Position numbers and translations under genes: made by a program. 64,000 nt of DNA, taken from Hormiphora californensis (lineage: Eukaryota > Animalia > Ctenophora). This document shows, piece after piece, positions 1 to 39,309 of this stretch (the first letter of the stretch is position 1; each line of letters opens with the position of its first letter). The notes below the pieces were generated by a model. It was not told the origin of the DNA. It saw only the letters and a list, made by a program, of their open reading frames with translations, and did not search any database. Where the stretch lies: assembly GCA_020137815.1 (NCBI GenBank), contig CM035359.1, positions 6,510,001 to 6,574,000 of the forward strand. The letters are read 5' to 3'.

Positions 1-128
1 TTTGGCTGATTCAAAGTTTATCTGGTAGGGAATGTCAAGGCCTAAGCCCTAACCCCAACCCCACTTTAGCCCTAACCCTAAAAACCGTTTGTCAGCACTC
101 CCAAAACACCCAGATTTTAACGCTGGCC
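1..128 (+). mobile_element. 3' part of a non-autonomous DNA transposon (MITE family A) with internal telomere-like CCCTAA repeats
   Basis: Near-identical to 37658-37754 + 37911-37957. Ends in the family terminus CACCCAGATTTTAACGCTGGCC. Truncated by the window edge. Confidence 0.8.
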
Positions 129-687
129 ATCAAAATCGAGTGCAGCAACATCCTGAAAAGCTTGAAATTGCGTGTTTTTAAAAAACAAATGTGGGTGGCG
201 CTCATTTTTTTCGCGCGGCGCTGATGTTTGATTGCGCGTTTTTTATTTGCGCGTATCAAAAATTTGCCATGTGACCATGACCCATAACGGCCCTTTCAAG
301 TTAAAAACAAACATCTTAATTTATAGAAGGTTGAAATCTGAAATATTATGGTACAAATATTACATGATATAGCGTTTGTATAATATGTGGAATCGGAATT
401 TCCTCCTTTATATTTTCCGTAACTCATTCTCTGTCTTTCATTCCAATTCAGTTTCTCAAGCGTTCAAGCTGCTGATATGTATACATATATTAGTACATAA
501 TTATGTATATCACACGTACATACAGATTCCGTCCCTTGACTCTTGGATCCCATTTAACACACTTATAAAAAAGTTAATTTCATTCAAACTCACACACTCT
601 CAAGCTCTGTTGGATTATGATAATGTCTTTAATTCTTCTCTCCTCTGTTAGACAGTTGTTAGAGCTCAAACTGTGTCAAATCTCACT

Positions 688-805
<118 letters not shown>

Positions 806-881
806 TGATAAACGCTAAACATGTATTTCTTAGTGTCCGCGAGGTGATTGGGATTGTTGCTCGATTGAGGACTATTGTTTG

Positions 882-21868
<20,987 letters not shown>

Positions 21869-21921
21869 GTATCGCTCACCATTCCTCTCACAACACTACA
21901 TCAGACACGACACCTTCAGCT

Positions 21922-22600
21922 AGATGGGTAGGAGAATGAGGAGGGGAAGAGGAGAGGGGAGTTGGAGGGAAGAGAGAGGGTTAGTAGGGAGCAGGAGGGG
22001 GAGCAGGAGGGGAGCATAACTAGAAGAGGGGTAGGGGAGTGAGATCTTTAGGAAGGGGAGTTGGAGGGGAAGAGGAGAGGGGAGATCTTTAGTAGGGGAG
22101 CAGGAGGGGAGCAGGAGGGGGAGCAGAACTAGAAGAGGGGGTAGGGGAGTGAGATCTTTAGGAAGGGGAGTTGGAGGGGAAGAGGAGAGGGGAGATCTTT
22201 AGTAGGGGAGCAGGAGGGGAGCAGGAGGGGGAGCAGAACTAGAAGAGGGGGTAGGGGAGTGAGATCTTTAGGAGGGGAGCAGGAGGGGAAGAGGAGAGGG
22301 GAGATCTTTAGTAGGGGAGCAGGAGGGGAGCAGGAGGGGGAGCAGAACTAGAAGAGGGGGTAGGGGAGTGAGGATGGGAGTTTTCTTTAGGAAGGGGAGC
22401 AGGAGGGGGTTGGAGAGGGAGATATTTAGGAGGGGGAGATCTTTAGGAGGGGAGCAGGAGAGTGAGGTCTGAAGAAGGGGAGCAGAACTAGAAGAGGGGG
22501 CAGGAGCGAGGGGGAGATATTTAGGAGGGGAGCAGGATGGGAAGAGAAGAGGGAGCAAGAGATGGAGATCTTTAGGAGGGGAGCAGGAGGGAAATCTTCA
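21922..22600. repeat. Purine-rich complex minisatellite (~110-bp higher-order unit) immediately 5' of the CBP start exon acceptor
   Basis: Repeated gagatctttag / gggagcaggagggg / agaactagaagaggggg blocks. A candidate acceptor CTAG lies at 21920-21921. Confidence 0.85.
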
Positions 22601-23842
22601 AATGGAGCAAATAGACTAGGATATGGAGCTATGGGTTAAGGGGCCAGGGGGTAAACCCCCTACAAAATGAAGGTATCGCAGGATATAACACACTACTGCT
22701 GGTGCAGAAGGGAGAGTTGTAGCTAGAGTAGAAACTATATATACGATGTAGTACAATGGGTAATATTGAGAATTGAGAGCTCATCCTAAGTGTGGTTAAA
22801 ATAAACAGGGGAACACAACATAGAGGTTCATATTTTATAGAGGACTGCTTTTAAGTCGCTCTCTATAATATCAAGGTACTCGGAGATCCCGTTAAACGCA
22901 TGACACTGACTGAGTGAATCAGAGAATAGATATAAAGCACTAAAGCAGCAACAAAACTAATGAGAGCGGGTTCTAGAAACACTCGGAGCGCACACTAACG
23001 CGTCGTGCAGCACACGCAAACACCTCACACGGACTCTGAAGACACAACTGTACCAAACAGGGCAGAAGGACCCTAAATTACAGGCTAGGGGCATCCCGTC
23101 AATGGAGGGAAGGTGCCCGGGAAGCCATCACGTGACGACAACAAGCCAATTGGCTATCTCTCGGACTTTCCTCTTTGCTTCCTGACGATCAGACCTACGT
23201 GAGATTGAGAATGCTTGCGGAGGAGAATGGTAAAGCATGGCGACGCAGCACTCAAATGCGTGGCGCGCAAATAAAACAAAGCGCCGCGCACACGCACGAC
23301 GTGTCATGTCAGGTGTGGTGTGGAATTGTTCAACAGTGCCATTGTTTGTTGTTTCAGAGTGAAAGAGCATTTGAATATTTGATGGAGATCATTTCGAGCG
23401 AAAATTGAGTTCCCCGGACCTTCCAGACAAGTTGGGACAACAAACTGTTGGCTATATTTCGACCGTTTCTCGGTTCCCGAAGGGTGCCGGGTGGTTAACA
23501 CTTAACCACTGGTTTCTGATGACTATGAGGATTTAGGTTTTCATCCAATCGTCTAGCCAATTTTCGATTGAATTGATTTCATAGCCCATGGAATTTCTAA
23601 ATCGATTAATTTCTCCAAAAAAGGAATCTGACAGCGAAACCAACAACGTGCAAGCATGACCAAAAATGGCAACAAATTTCGGTATTTCGCGCGCACCAGA
23701 TCACACAAAGAGCACCGCGCGTTACAAACAGCTGTCACCCGTCCTCCCTGAGATCTCTCAGCAGCAGCTCTCCCTCTTGGTGGATCTCCGACCTCCTCTC
23801 TCCGGGAGTCAATGGTGATTTGTACACACCGGATGTACAGGC

Positions 23843-23925
<83 letters not shown>

Positions 23926-24320
23926 AAAAGATTAGGACAGTATGAAAAAGGGAAAGACGGCAGTTCATTGGATTGAGCTCGTGTATGTGCAGTACAGAGC
24001 AACAGAAATCTAGATTGAAAATAAATCAAGATTCAAGATGAATTTCATGATTATTAATACATTTACTCTTGGTCAAAATCATTATACATATATTCAGGCA
24101 ACAGCCAGATTTCGAAATTGCGTCACATCAGAAAAACCATCACCGTAACATAAATAACTAATTGCATTTCTAAGTTTTAAAATACTACTTTTCAAATAAA
24201 TCAATCGAAAAGAAGTCTTATACCAGTAACTGAACTCTCTCCCAACAACTGAGAAAATTTTACCAGCGAAATAATAGAATCTCTACCACTGAATCTGTCC
24301 CTGTCTACATAATCTCTCCC

Positions 24321-27121
24321 TCAACTACTTCTATCCCTCTTTTTTCCTTTGTGTTTCTTGCCTCCTATCTTGTGGAAAAACCGGATTGATGATGACTCCA
24401 ATCCCTCTTTATCACGTGACCTAGTCCGGGCCCTCCTATCAGTGCTGTGGTTGTTGTTACCGGGGGGACGGTGGACGCTGGTAGAGTTACCCGTGTGCTC
24501 CTGTATAGGGTCCACCTGGTAGGGAGAAGGGGGTTAGAACAGGGGTGTTGTGGGATGTAAAATAATGCAGAAAAACTACCGAAAAAGGTTGTGTTTAAAG
24601 AGCTATTAAAATCGGCTCTTAGTTGGTTCTAGAGATGAATAAATGTTAAACAGTGCTTTCTGATGCTTTCTTAGGAAAATAATAGTTAGATAGGTACACT
24701 GGAGAGGAGACGACTTATTATAGAGGAGTATAATATTAGTTCAGAGCAACTCATAGAGATGAGGAAGAGAGATATCGATAGAGAGAAAGTGAGAGAGAAA
24801 GAAAGAGAGATTTAGTAAGAGTTGTAGTTACAGACATCCAAACGCACACAATAGAAGGGAATAAACCGGAATGAAAGAGAGAGAACATGGAAAATAAAAA
24901 CAGAGCTAGAACAGGGTTAGGTAGAAAGAATGATAGAGAGATCAAGATTCAAGAGAGAAAGAAAGATAGATGTAGTCTGAGAGATATATGGAAGGTAGAC
25001 AGATTTAAATTTGTCCTTACTCACAAATCAGGGTAGACACATGTTCATGGCAGTGATAGCCGTGTGCAGCAGCTCTGTGTTATAGACACACGGGTAGTGG
25101 AACAGTATTATAGTGAGATAGAGAGACATACCACTACCAGAGAGAAGGGGAGAGAGAAATGTGGTTGGTATTGAAAATCATGGAACCTGTGTGAAAGAGG
25201 TAATTTATTTATCTAAAATCCTGGCCCTAAACTCACCGCAGTTCCGTGTTTATTTCGTGTTGGGGGTCTGCTCGGCCTGCTCTTGTGCCCTCCATATGCA
25301 CCGAGAACATGTTTAGAGACCCGAGTACAGCAGTCAGGGTCGATAGGGTGGGTTGCCACGGAGACAGATGCGAAGGAGCCACGGAGGGTGGTGTCACGCG
25401 ATGACCGGGATGTTGTGGAGGATGGGGCGTGGTGTCGGGGGTCACCGGGACGGTAGAACCTATCGCTGAGGAGAAGGGGGTGTCATAGTGTCTGAATGAG
25501 TTAACACAAAAACACCAATTAGTTCATAAATAATAAAAGAATAATTCAGTAGGGATGAGAAACTAAACTTCCCCATTAATTACCTTTGATCAGCTCGAGT
25601 TAGTTGAGCCAGTGAGTGACACAACTCTGAGATCTGTGAGTTCGTCTCCACGCTGTCTGTCCTTGCCATGGCAACCCCGCCAGGTAGCGGGGGTTTCAGG
25701 TGACTAGCAGGTACTTGTTGGTAGGGGAGAGATGTTGGGAGTTGCTGTGAAGCAGGCTGGGGGTTTTGTTTCGGGAGGTTTTGTCGTGAAAGCTGATTAT
25801 GTTGTTGCGTTGTCATGGCTGCCTGTTGTTGCGTTGCCATGGCTGCCTGTTGCTGTGTTGCCATGGCTGCCTGTTGTTGCGTTGCCATGGCTGCCTGTTG
25901 TTGCGTTGCCATGGCTGCCTGTTTTTGCGTTGTCATGGCTGCCTGTTGCTGCGTTGCCATGTGTGTCTGCTGTTGCGTTGTCATGTTTGTCTGCTGTTGC
26001 GTTGCCATGGCTGCCTGTTGCTGCGTTGTCATGTTTGTCTGCTGTTGCGTTGCCATGTGTGCCTGTTGTTGCGTTGCCATGGTTGCCTGATGTTGCGTTG
26101 CCATGTGTGTCTGCTGTTGCGTTGCCATGTTTGTCTGCTGTTGCGTTGCCCTGACTGCCTGTTGTTGCGTTGCCATGGCTGCCTGTTGCTGAGACATGAT
26201 CGCATTGAATTGTTGCTGTTGCATTGCTAGAGTTTGTTGCTGTTGCGGCGTCATTCCCAGGTACTGTTGCTGCTGCTGAGAGTTGTTGTAAACTGAACGT
26301 TGCTGTTGCTGGGAATCGTTTATTGAACAGGGCGGCATAAACCCATTTTGGTAGACCATCTGCTGTGGCGTCATTGCGTTTTGTGACGTCATTACGTTTT
26401 GCGAGGTAATATTTTGCAGCGGTGGTGGTGCAGTGCTGGTCATATCGGTGTAGTGGCCAATTGAAGAGTTGGTCAGCCTGGCATCTTGTACTTCTCCTGG
26501 TGGGGGAGGGGGACGGGTTAGAAAATGAAACTAGTTAGTTGTAGTGTAACAAAGACACTAATCCATGGAATACGGGTATCGAACCCTGCATAGTGGAAGG
26601 GCGGGCGCGATTATAATCTGGGTGCCTTGCAGCGTGTTTACAGGTGCGCGCTGCCAAAAAAGTACACCTATAACCACTCAGACCGACTTTTTTCAAACGG
26701 CTATAGCCACGCAACCACATGGCCGATTTGAATAAACTAAACGGTATCTGATAGAGAATCGATAGCCCTAACCGATAACCCCAAACAAAACCCTAACCCG
26801 ACCCTAACAACAGCCCTAACCCGTCTCGACCGCCAAAATCGATGAATTGTTAGCAATGGAAGGCACCCAGATTTTAACGTTTTCCTGGAAGGGCAAAGGT
26901 TTTTCTTCACCAAAGTTATACACGCTGTTATGAGATCAAGGTACCTGCATAAGAGAAACTACTAGGATTATAGTAGTAATCTACTACCAGTGGCTGCAGC
27001 TGTACTGAAACTTATCGGTACGAAGAAGAACGTATTATGAACAACAATCACAATGGCCACACTTCACGGCAAGTGGGAGGGAGAGAGAGAAAGAAAGGGA
27101 GAGAGAGAGAGAGGAAAAGAG

Positions 27122-27176
<55 letters not shown>

Positions 27177-27968
27177 GAGAGAGTGATAGAGAGTAAGATA
27201 GAGAAAGATAGAAAGACAGATCTATGGAGGGAAGGAATGATGATGGGGGTAATTGCGGTTCACTCTGGTTCATTCTGACGCTCTTCTTTTTACTTTCTCA
27301 CTCATAGTACCAGTCACTAAATTGTCTCTCTCTCTCACCTTCTCTTTTTGCCAGATCTCTTATCTGAGCCACCATTAATGGTATTGGAAGTGGTATTGGA
27401 AGTTCAACAGAATACGGCGAAGTATCATTTAAAAAGTTAAATACAGTATTCCTGAAGATGGAGATCGTGAAGACAACTTACGTTTTCGGAGTCCATTTTC
27501 ATCGAAAGATTGTGTAGTTTTGGTGAGATTTTGTCTCCTCCGGTTGGTGCCTGTCAGGGTAGCTGCTCCGTCTGGTAGGGGGAAATCAAGATAACAACAT
27601 CGGGAATACACCATCCCAACATGACGGGTTGTAGTGAGAGGAGGAGCATGGCCCATTATGGTGGTGGTGTCCAGCTTGTTCTAACCCTCACATTTGTGAG
27701 GGAGAGAGGGTTGAGCAAGACAAGGTGTCTCAAAATGTGGTTATACGAAAGTTTAGGTATCTTGTCAACCTTTAATGGTATTGAAAGTAGTATTGACAGT
27801 TTAACAGAATACCGCGAAATATCATTTAAAAAGTTAAATACAGTATTCCTGAAGATGGAGATCGTGTAGACAACTTACGTTTTCGGAGTCCATTTTCATC
27901 GAAAGATTGTGTAGTTTTGGTGAGATTTTGTCTCCTCCGGTTGGTGCCTGTCAGGGTAGCTGCTCCGT
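24321..27968 (-). CDS. Uncharacterised low-complexity Gln-rich protein with octapeptide repeats (partial gene model; 5' end not found)
   Basis: Phase-compatible exons: 27879-27968 and 27482-27571 (duplicated), 25584-26496 (MATQQQAA repeats), ~25237-25466 and terminal 24321-24515 (TTCTAAC branch point, basic C-terminus). No recognisable domain. Confidence 0.6.
25800..26190 (-). repeat. Coding 24-bp minisatellite encoding (M-A/T-T-Q-Q-Q-A/T-A/N/H)n, ~16 units
   Basis: ORF 25580-26443. Confidence 0.9.
26603..26885 (+). mobile_element. MITE family A copy (9-bp TSD, Mutator/Merlin-like termini, internal CCCTAA repeats)
   Basis: TSD TGGAAGGGC at 26594-26602 and 26886-26894. Imperfect TIR ..TTATAATCTGGGTGCC / GGCACCCAGATTTTAA.. 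Confidence 0.85.
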
Positions 27969-28138
27969 CTGGTAGGGGGAAATCAAGGTAACAACATCGG
28001 GAATACACCATCCCAACATGACGGGTTGTAGTGAGAGGAGGAGCATGGCCCATTATGGTGGTGGTGTCCAGCTTGTTCTAACCCTCACATTTGTGAGGGA
28101 GAGAGGGTTGAGCAAGACAAGGTGTCTCAAAATGTGGG
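27376..28138. repeat. 397-bp tandem duplication containing a 90-nt exon
   Basis: ORFs 27429-27656 and 27826-28053 are near-identical, offset 397. Confidence 0.95.
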
Positions 28139-29499
28139 TTATAATGTGACCCGTCAGTGTGCAAGTAGTGCAGTAGAAAACAATGAATATATCGAGAATA
28201 AAAATGAGATTGTACTACGGTGATTATGGCGATACATACACAGAGAGAGAGAGGAGGAGAGAGGAGAGGAGATAGAGGATGAGAGAGAGAGAGAGAGAGA
28301 AGAGAGAGAGGAGTGGGCTAGATAGAAAAAGAGAAAGAATGAGAGAGAGCAGTGATGGTGAATGTGCGTTCATCTCCTTAAATTGCTTCTTCAAGAAACT
28401 GAAACATGCCCTCCTTCCTCTTCTCTCTCTCTCTCTCCTCTCTCCCCTCTCCTCTCCCCTCTCCTTCTCCTCTCCTCCCTCTCTTCTCTCTCTCTCTCAC
28501 TCCTCTTTCACTTTCTTTTTCCTTCATTCACTCTCGTCATACGTTTTTCATCTCTTTCCAAATCATATGTTCTTGCGGTATTATAGTGGTTACGGAAAGA
28601 GATATATAGTCTAGTACGGAAAGAGATATATAGTTATGATGTAGGAGCAAGTAATTAGTTTAACCATGATCCATTATAGTCCATTATATCATTATCATTT
28701 TCTAAATATTTTCTTGGTTCTACTGGTTACAGGACTTATAACACACACAGGAGAATGATATACGAACATCTGTGCCAAGGACCGGTCAGAGAGATAGTGA
28801 ATATGAATATAGTCATAACATAGATGCTAACAATTAACATTTAGACTACAAGCACACACACTGAACCCAATTCTGTGAGGTAATTCCCTTGCTGGAGCCT
28901 CAAACTCCGCCCGGGGTTAGAACAAACATTATAATTCCACGATATACCTCAAAATTCAGATCGAATACACCATCTCTTTTTAGTTTTTACTTTTTCTCAT
29001 AACTTGCACACATACACACATATATTGCCGTATTTCACAGCCATTCTCTTTTACGGAATGAACGGTTTTACACGAGGATGACAAAGAAATGAGGATAAAT
29101 TTAGTTACACTGAAATACATTATTTCTTCCCCGTTGTGTCCCGAATTCAACTCCGTCAGTGAGGTCGGGTGATGGGACAAGTTCTCCTCAACCTATTACG
29201 GAGTAAGCGGTGTTAGGAATCAAACTTTAGAAGCATTTTGGAATGTTGTCTTGAGAGTAATATGTTTATGGTAAACTAGGGTTGGCTGCTAGTGCTACCT
29301 TCAATAGTCCATTCGCGTTGGCATTTTTCTCCGTTTCCAATGCCGATGTGCTATTGCTTGTTCTGAAACAATTATTCAATGGAAATCGTTTCATTTGGGA
29401 GCAAAACAACTACAAAACATACACTTTGTTCAAACCCAGAGCGTGGTGAGAGAGGGAGAGTCGGGCGAGGCAACAAAACCTCAACAAAACTTCGAGTTC

Positions 29500-36054
<6,555 letters not shown>

Positions 36055-36569
36055 TTTGGTTAGATAAAATCATAGGAGGGAGGGAAGGCAGTGTCATGTT
36101 ATCATGTCTTATCGAGTCTAAAGGAATAAAGCTTGATCAACATTCAACTGAGAATTTCAATGAGATGTGAGGTCTTTCATCATACATATTTCTCACTTAA
36201 ATACGACAAATGCTAATAACACTTACTATCATAGCGACATAGCGGCTTTTAAAGCGGTTTAAAGGACAAAGGTTGACAGGATACATAAATGATAAAACTT
36301 TTCGTCTATCGTATTTTTTCGATTTATCATTAATTTTAAGCATTTTTTTAGAATTTTTTGTCGTCTAGAAATATGTGCGAAATAGGGGATCTACTGTAAT
36401 GTACTAATAAATATACTGATAAACATACTGATAAATGAGTGATGCAATTGGTGAATTGATAATACTTCATACTGTCATATCTCCGGTTTCTGATGAGATA
36501 CAGAAATCGTTTATATGGTAGTGTACTCCCAGCTGTATTCCACGCCTTTCAACAGATTCAAAACAATAA

Positions 36570-37115
36570 ATTCACAGTGCCTTCTTCCTCAGATCCTCAT
36601 GCTAAGTTCTTCTTGCTCCTCAGGTCACCAGTTCAGTCTTTGTTAGACTTGTGATTGCAATCTTTCTCCGATTTCATCTTAAGGCAGTAAAGCATGATCT
36701 CAGGCGGGAGAATCGTAGCCTCGTCCTCAGGTGAGCCATGACTTCACTGTACGGTTCTCCGGTTCTTGTGGAAATTCGGTGTCAGAGAACTTTGGAACTC
36801 GTTGGCTATCCCGCCTGCTGTATTCATAACCTGCGGAGAGAAGGCACCCCCTTCAACTTCCCGTACACACTTTCCATACGACTGATTCTTCTTGGTATCT
36901 TGGTATTGTCTTTGTGTAGATCCTACACCGGTGTCAGTTCCTAACAGAGCCTCCCCCTCCCGGCTCCCTGGAAACATTCCGTATCCAGTCCAATATTGAG
37001 TTGTTCTATTTTTAGTATCCAAGTACCGGGGGACGGTCAGCAAATCTTGCTAGCCTCGTTTCTTCAGCAGCGTTGGTCGAGGGGCGTGTTGATATAGGAG
37101 GCCGAATTAGCATGG
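36570..37115 (-). mobile_element. Decayed 3' fragment of a CRE-like (restriction-like endonuclease) non-LTR retrotransposon
   Basis: Frameshifted peptides KKNQSYGKCVREVEGGAFSPQVMNTAGG and TGEPYSEVMAHLRTRLRFSRLRSCFTALR resemble the C-terminus of metazoan CRE elements (recognised from memory). Confidence 0.7.
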
Positions 37116-37554
37116 AAAATTCACACACCCATATGGATTATGGGCCAGCTGCATTTTCCGTCACATGTCAAGTGCGATCACGACTATCCTATCATAAGTT
37201 GTGTTTGTATCTCGAAAATGTTCCGACTTTCCGACCGGGACCTAATGTACTTACATATTTCTCGTTACCTTATTGCTGAACTCCGCTTGAGGTAACTAGT
37301 AATATTAATTTATTACCGGGCCTGGTTGTGTGTTGTTACACTGTACTATGCATATCCAGGCTCGTATAGTGTATGAGCGGATGTTGATTTTATTGACATT
37401 ATAAATTCTGTTTTAATCTTGTAATCTTGTAATCTTGCCGAAGGGTGAAAGTGGATCCCATCGGCCATCCGGACATGCGAGATAAGAAGTATAGAAAGCT
37501 TCTCCACGCTCAAGTTGAAATTCAACCCAGATTTTAACTATGCCCCGTCGTGAC

Positions 37555-37957
37555 GGGCGCCGTTACGATCTGGGTGTTTAGAGGCCTGTTTACAGGTGCG
37601 CGCTGCCAAAAAAGTTGATTCACTAAAATGGCTCTAACCGCCAAACCACTCAACCGTTTTGACTGATTCAAAGTTTATCTGGTAGGGAATGTCAAGGCCT
37701 AACCCCAACCCAAACCCCAACCCTAACCCTAACCCTACTTTAGCCCTAACCCTATATAGTCCATTTTTTTTCAACTGTTCACCCCCCAAAGTCGTGCGCG
37801 GAATTGTTTTGCGCGTTTATCACATGTTAACGTGTAGCGCGCACAGCGTAAATTAAAATATCGCACGCGCACGAGTTGAGGGGTGAACAGTTGAATAAAA
37901 ATGGACTTTAAAACCGTTTGTCAGCACTCCCAAAACACCCAGATTTTAACGCTGGCC
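37555..37957 (+). mobile_element. MITE family A copy with nested family B MITE
   Basis: 9-bp TSD CGTCGTGAC at 37546-37554 and 37958-37966. Internal CCCTAA repeats. Confidence 0.88.
37755..37910. mobile_element. MITE family B-related element nested in family A
   Basis: TIR AGTCCATTTTTTTTCAACTGTTCACCCC / GGGGTGAACAGTTGAATAAAAATGGACT. Absent from the copy at 1-128. Shares the internal CACATGTTAACGTG motif with 33348-33491. Confidence 0.88.
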
Positions 37958-38254
37958 CGTCGTGACGTGCGCGTGCATGAATTGCCATTTGGAAAGAGTG
38001 CGCGGCTCTATTTATGCAGCGTTTTAGCAAATTCTTTAGACGCGACGCTCAATTCAGACGAGTGTGCAGCGCATAATTCAAAATTTTCATTTGCATTTTT
38101 AAAACGCGTTTTTTTAAATATGGGCCTGGGTGTTTTGAGAGAGATTTAAAAATTGAAAAGCGCTGCCTTATCCCGGGGGCCAGCAACGTTTGCCAAATTT
38201 AAAAAAATCTTTTTCATTAATTTTGGGGGTCGAGACAGGTTTAGGCTGCCCTTT

Positions 38255-38297
38255 AGTTTCAAACTTTTCAACACTACTTTAAACAAATTAATTTGAG
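38255..38297 (+). other. Spliced-leader (SL) exon sequence, 43 nt, at the 5' end of a retroelement
   Basis: AGTTTCAAACTTTTCAACACTACTTTAAACAAATTAATTTGAG matches, from memory, the pleurobrachiid ctenophore SL. Followed by CAG rather than a GT donor. Confidence 0.85.
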
Positions 38298-38352
38298 CAG
38301 GAAGATGAATCCGATGTAACAGCCCCGAAGGGCAGAAAACAAAACGTTGATA

Positions 38353-39309
38353 ATGTCGGAAGCGAAGTACGAGGGCGATAACCCTATGATAAAACGATTA
38401 GAAGAGACGGTGGATGACTTTGTTTCTGAAGTTTACCTGTTGAATTCGGACAACACGACGAGCATCACACCAGATGAGTTTACTCAATGTTATAGATCGA
38501 TTCAAGCTGCACCCGATTCAATGTTAACCAACGACAGCTTAGCTTCGCCTAGCAAGCACTGGGGTTCGTACTTTAGACACTGTCTCAAGGACCGAACTAC
38601 GAGTGAAATAATCGAGGCTACTTCGCGTATTTTTCTCTCCAGTATGAAACTTGCCCGAGCAACAATGAACAATTTTGAAACGGTTATCAGTGTGGAAAAC
38701 CTCGAGAAACAGCTGCGTGAATGTAAAGAAGAACTTGACCGCCATCGGGTTAACGTAATCGAGCTTCAGCAAACGGTCATCAACCACCAGAAGCAACAAC
38801 TCAGTACAGTGACAGCATCGGTGCAGAAGGTGAAAGCCTACTCTACTGTGCTAGCACAGAATTGTGCTGCAACCTCCCCCAAAGTGGGAAAACCACTACC
38901 AGTGAATCATCCTGCTCCCGTCCAACAGCCCGGAAGAGAGAAGAACCTGGTTGTGTTTGGTCTCCCAGAAACAACAGATAGAGTAGCTAAAACTACTTTA
39001 GACGAACTTTTTGAGGAATTAAATGAGAAACCGAAAGTGACTACGATGAAACGCATCGGCGAAAGAAATGAGAAGCGCCCTAGACCGCTCTTAGTATCCC
39101 TGGAGAAGAGAGCGACTCTCCTCGCACTCCTCAGACAGGCACGAAACCTCAAAGACTCCAAACAGTTTTCGGCTGTTTATCTCTCTCCGGATCTTACGCC
39201 CTCTGAACTGAAAGAGCAAAAAGCTCTAAGGTCCACTTTGAAGCGGATACGATCAGAAGATCCTGACGGCTGCTACTTCATCCGTAATAATCTTATCCAA
39301 GTGGGATAG
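38353..39309 (+). CDS. LINE ORF1-like protein (coiled coil + RRM-type C-terminal region of CR1/L2-group elements), 318 aa
   Basis: Motifs REKNLVVFGLPE, RIG..RPRPLLVSL and VYLSPDLTPSE, preceded by a heptad-rich coiled coil. Intact and intronless. Confidence 0.85.
   Translation: MSEAKYEGDNPMIKRLEETVDDFVSEVYLLNSDNTTSITPDEFTQCYRSIQAAPDSMLTNDSLASPSKHWGSYFRHCLKDRTTSEIIEATSRIFLSSMKLARATMNNFETVISVENLEKQLRECKEELDRHRVNVIELQQTVINHQKQQLSTVTASVQKVKAYSTVLAQNCAATSPKVGKPLPVNHPAPVQQPGREKNLVVFGLPETTDRVAKTTLDELFEELNEKPKVTTMKRIGERNEKRPRPLLVSLEKRATLLALLRQARNLKDSKQFSAVYLSPDLTPSELKEQKALRSTLKRIRSEDPDGCYFIRNNLIQVG

Noticed and set aside
40-80. True telomere or chromosome-fusion scar
   Set aside because: The short degenerate CCCTAA units are internal to a MITE family with TSD-bounded copies elsewhere in the window.
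25025-25186. Two extra small exons or a C1-like domain in the orphan gene
   Set aside because: Splice-like signals exist, but I could not keep an open frame through them, and the Cys/His spacing is incomplete.
25732-26230. Cys-rich (metallothionein-like) plus-strand ORFs
   Set aside because: Antisense translation of the Gln-rich coding repeat.
38305-38320. Shared TGAATCCGAT motif in the 5' UTRs of both SL-headed elements (also ~61103)
   Set aside because: Only 10 nt and at different distances from the SL; could be chance.
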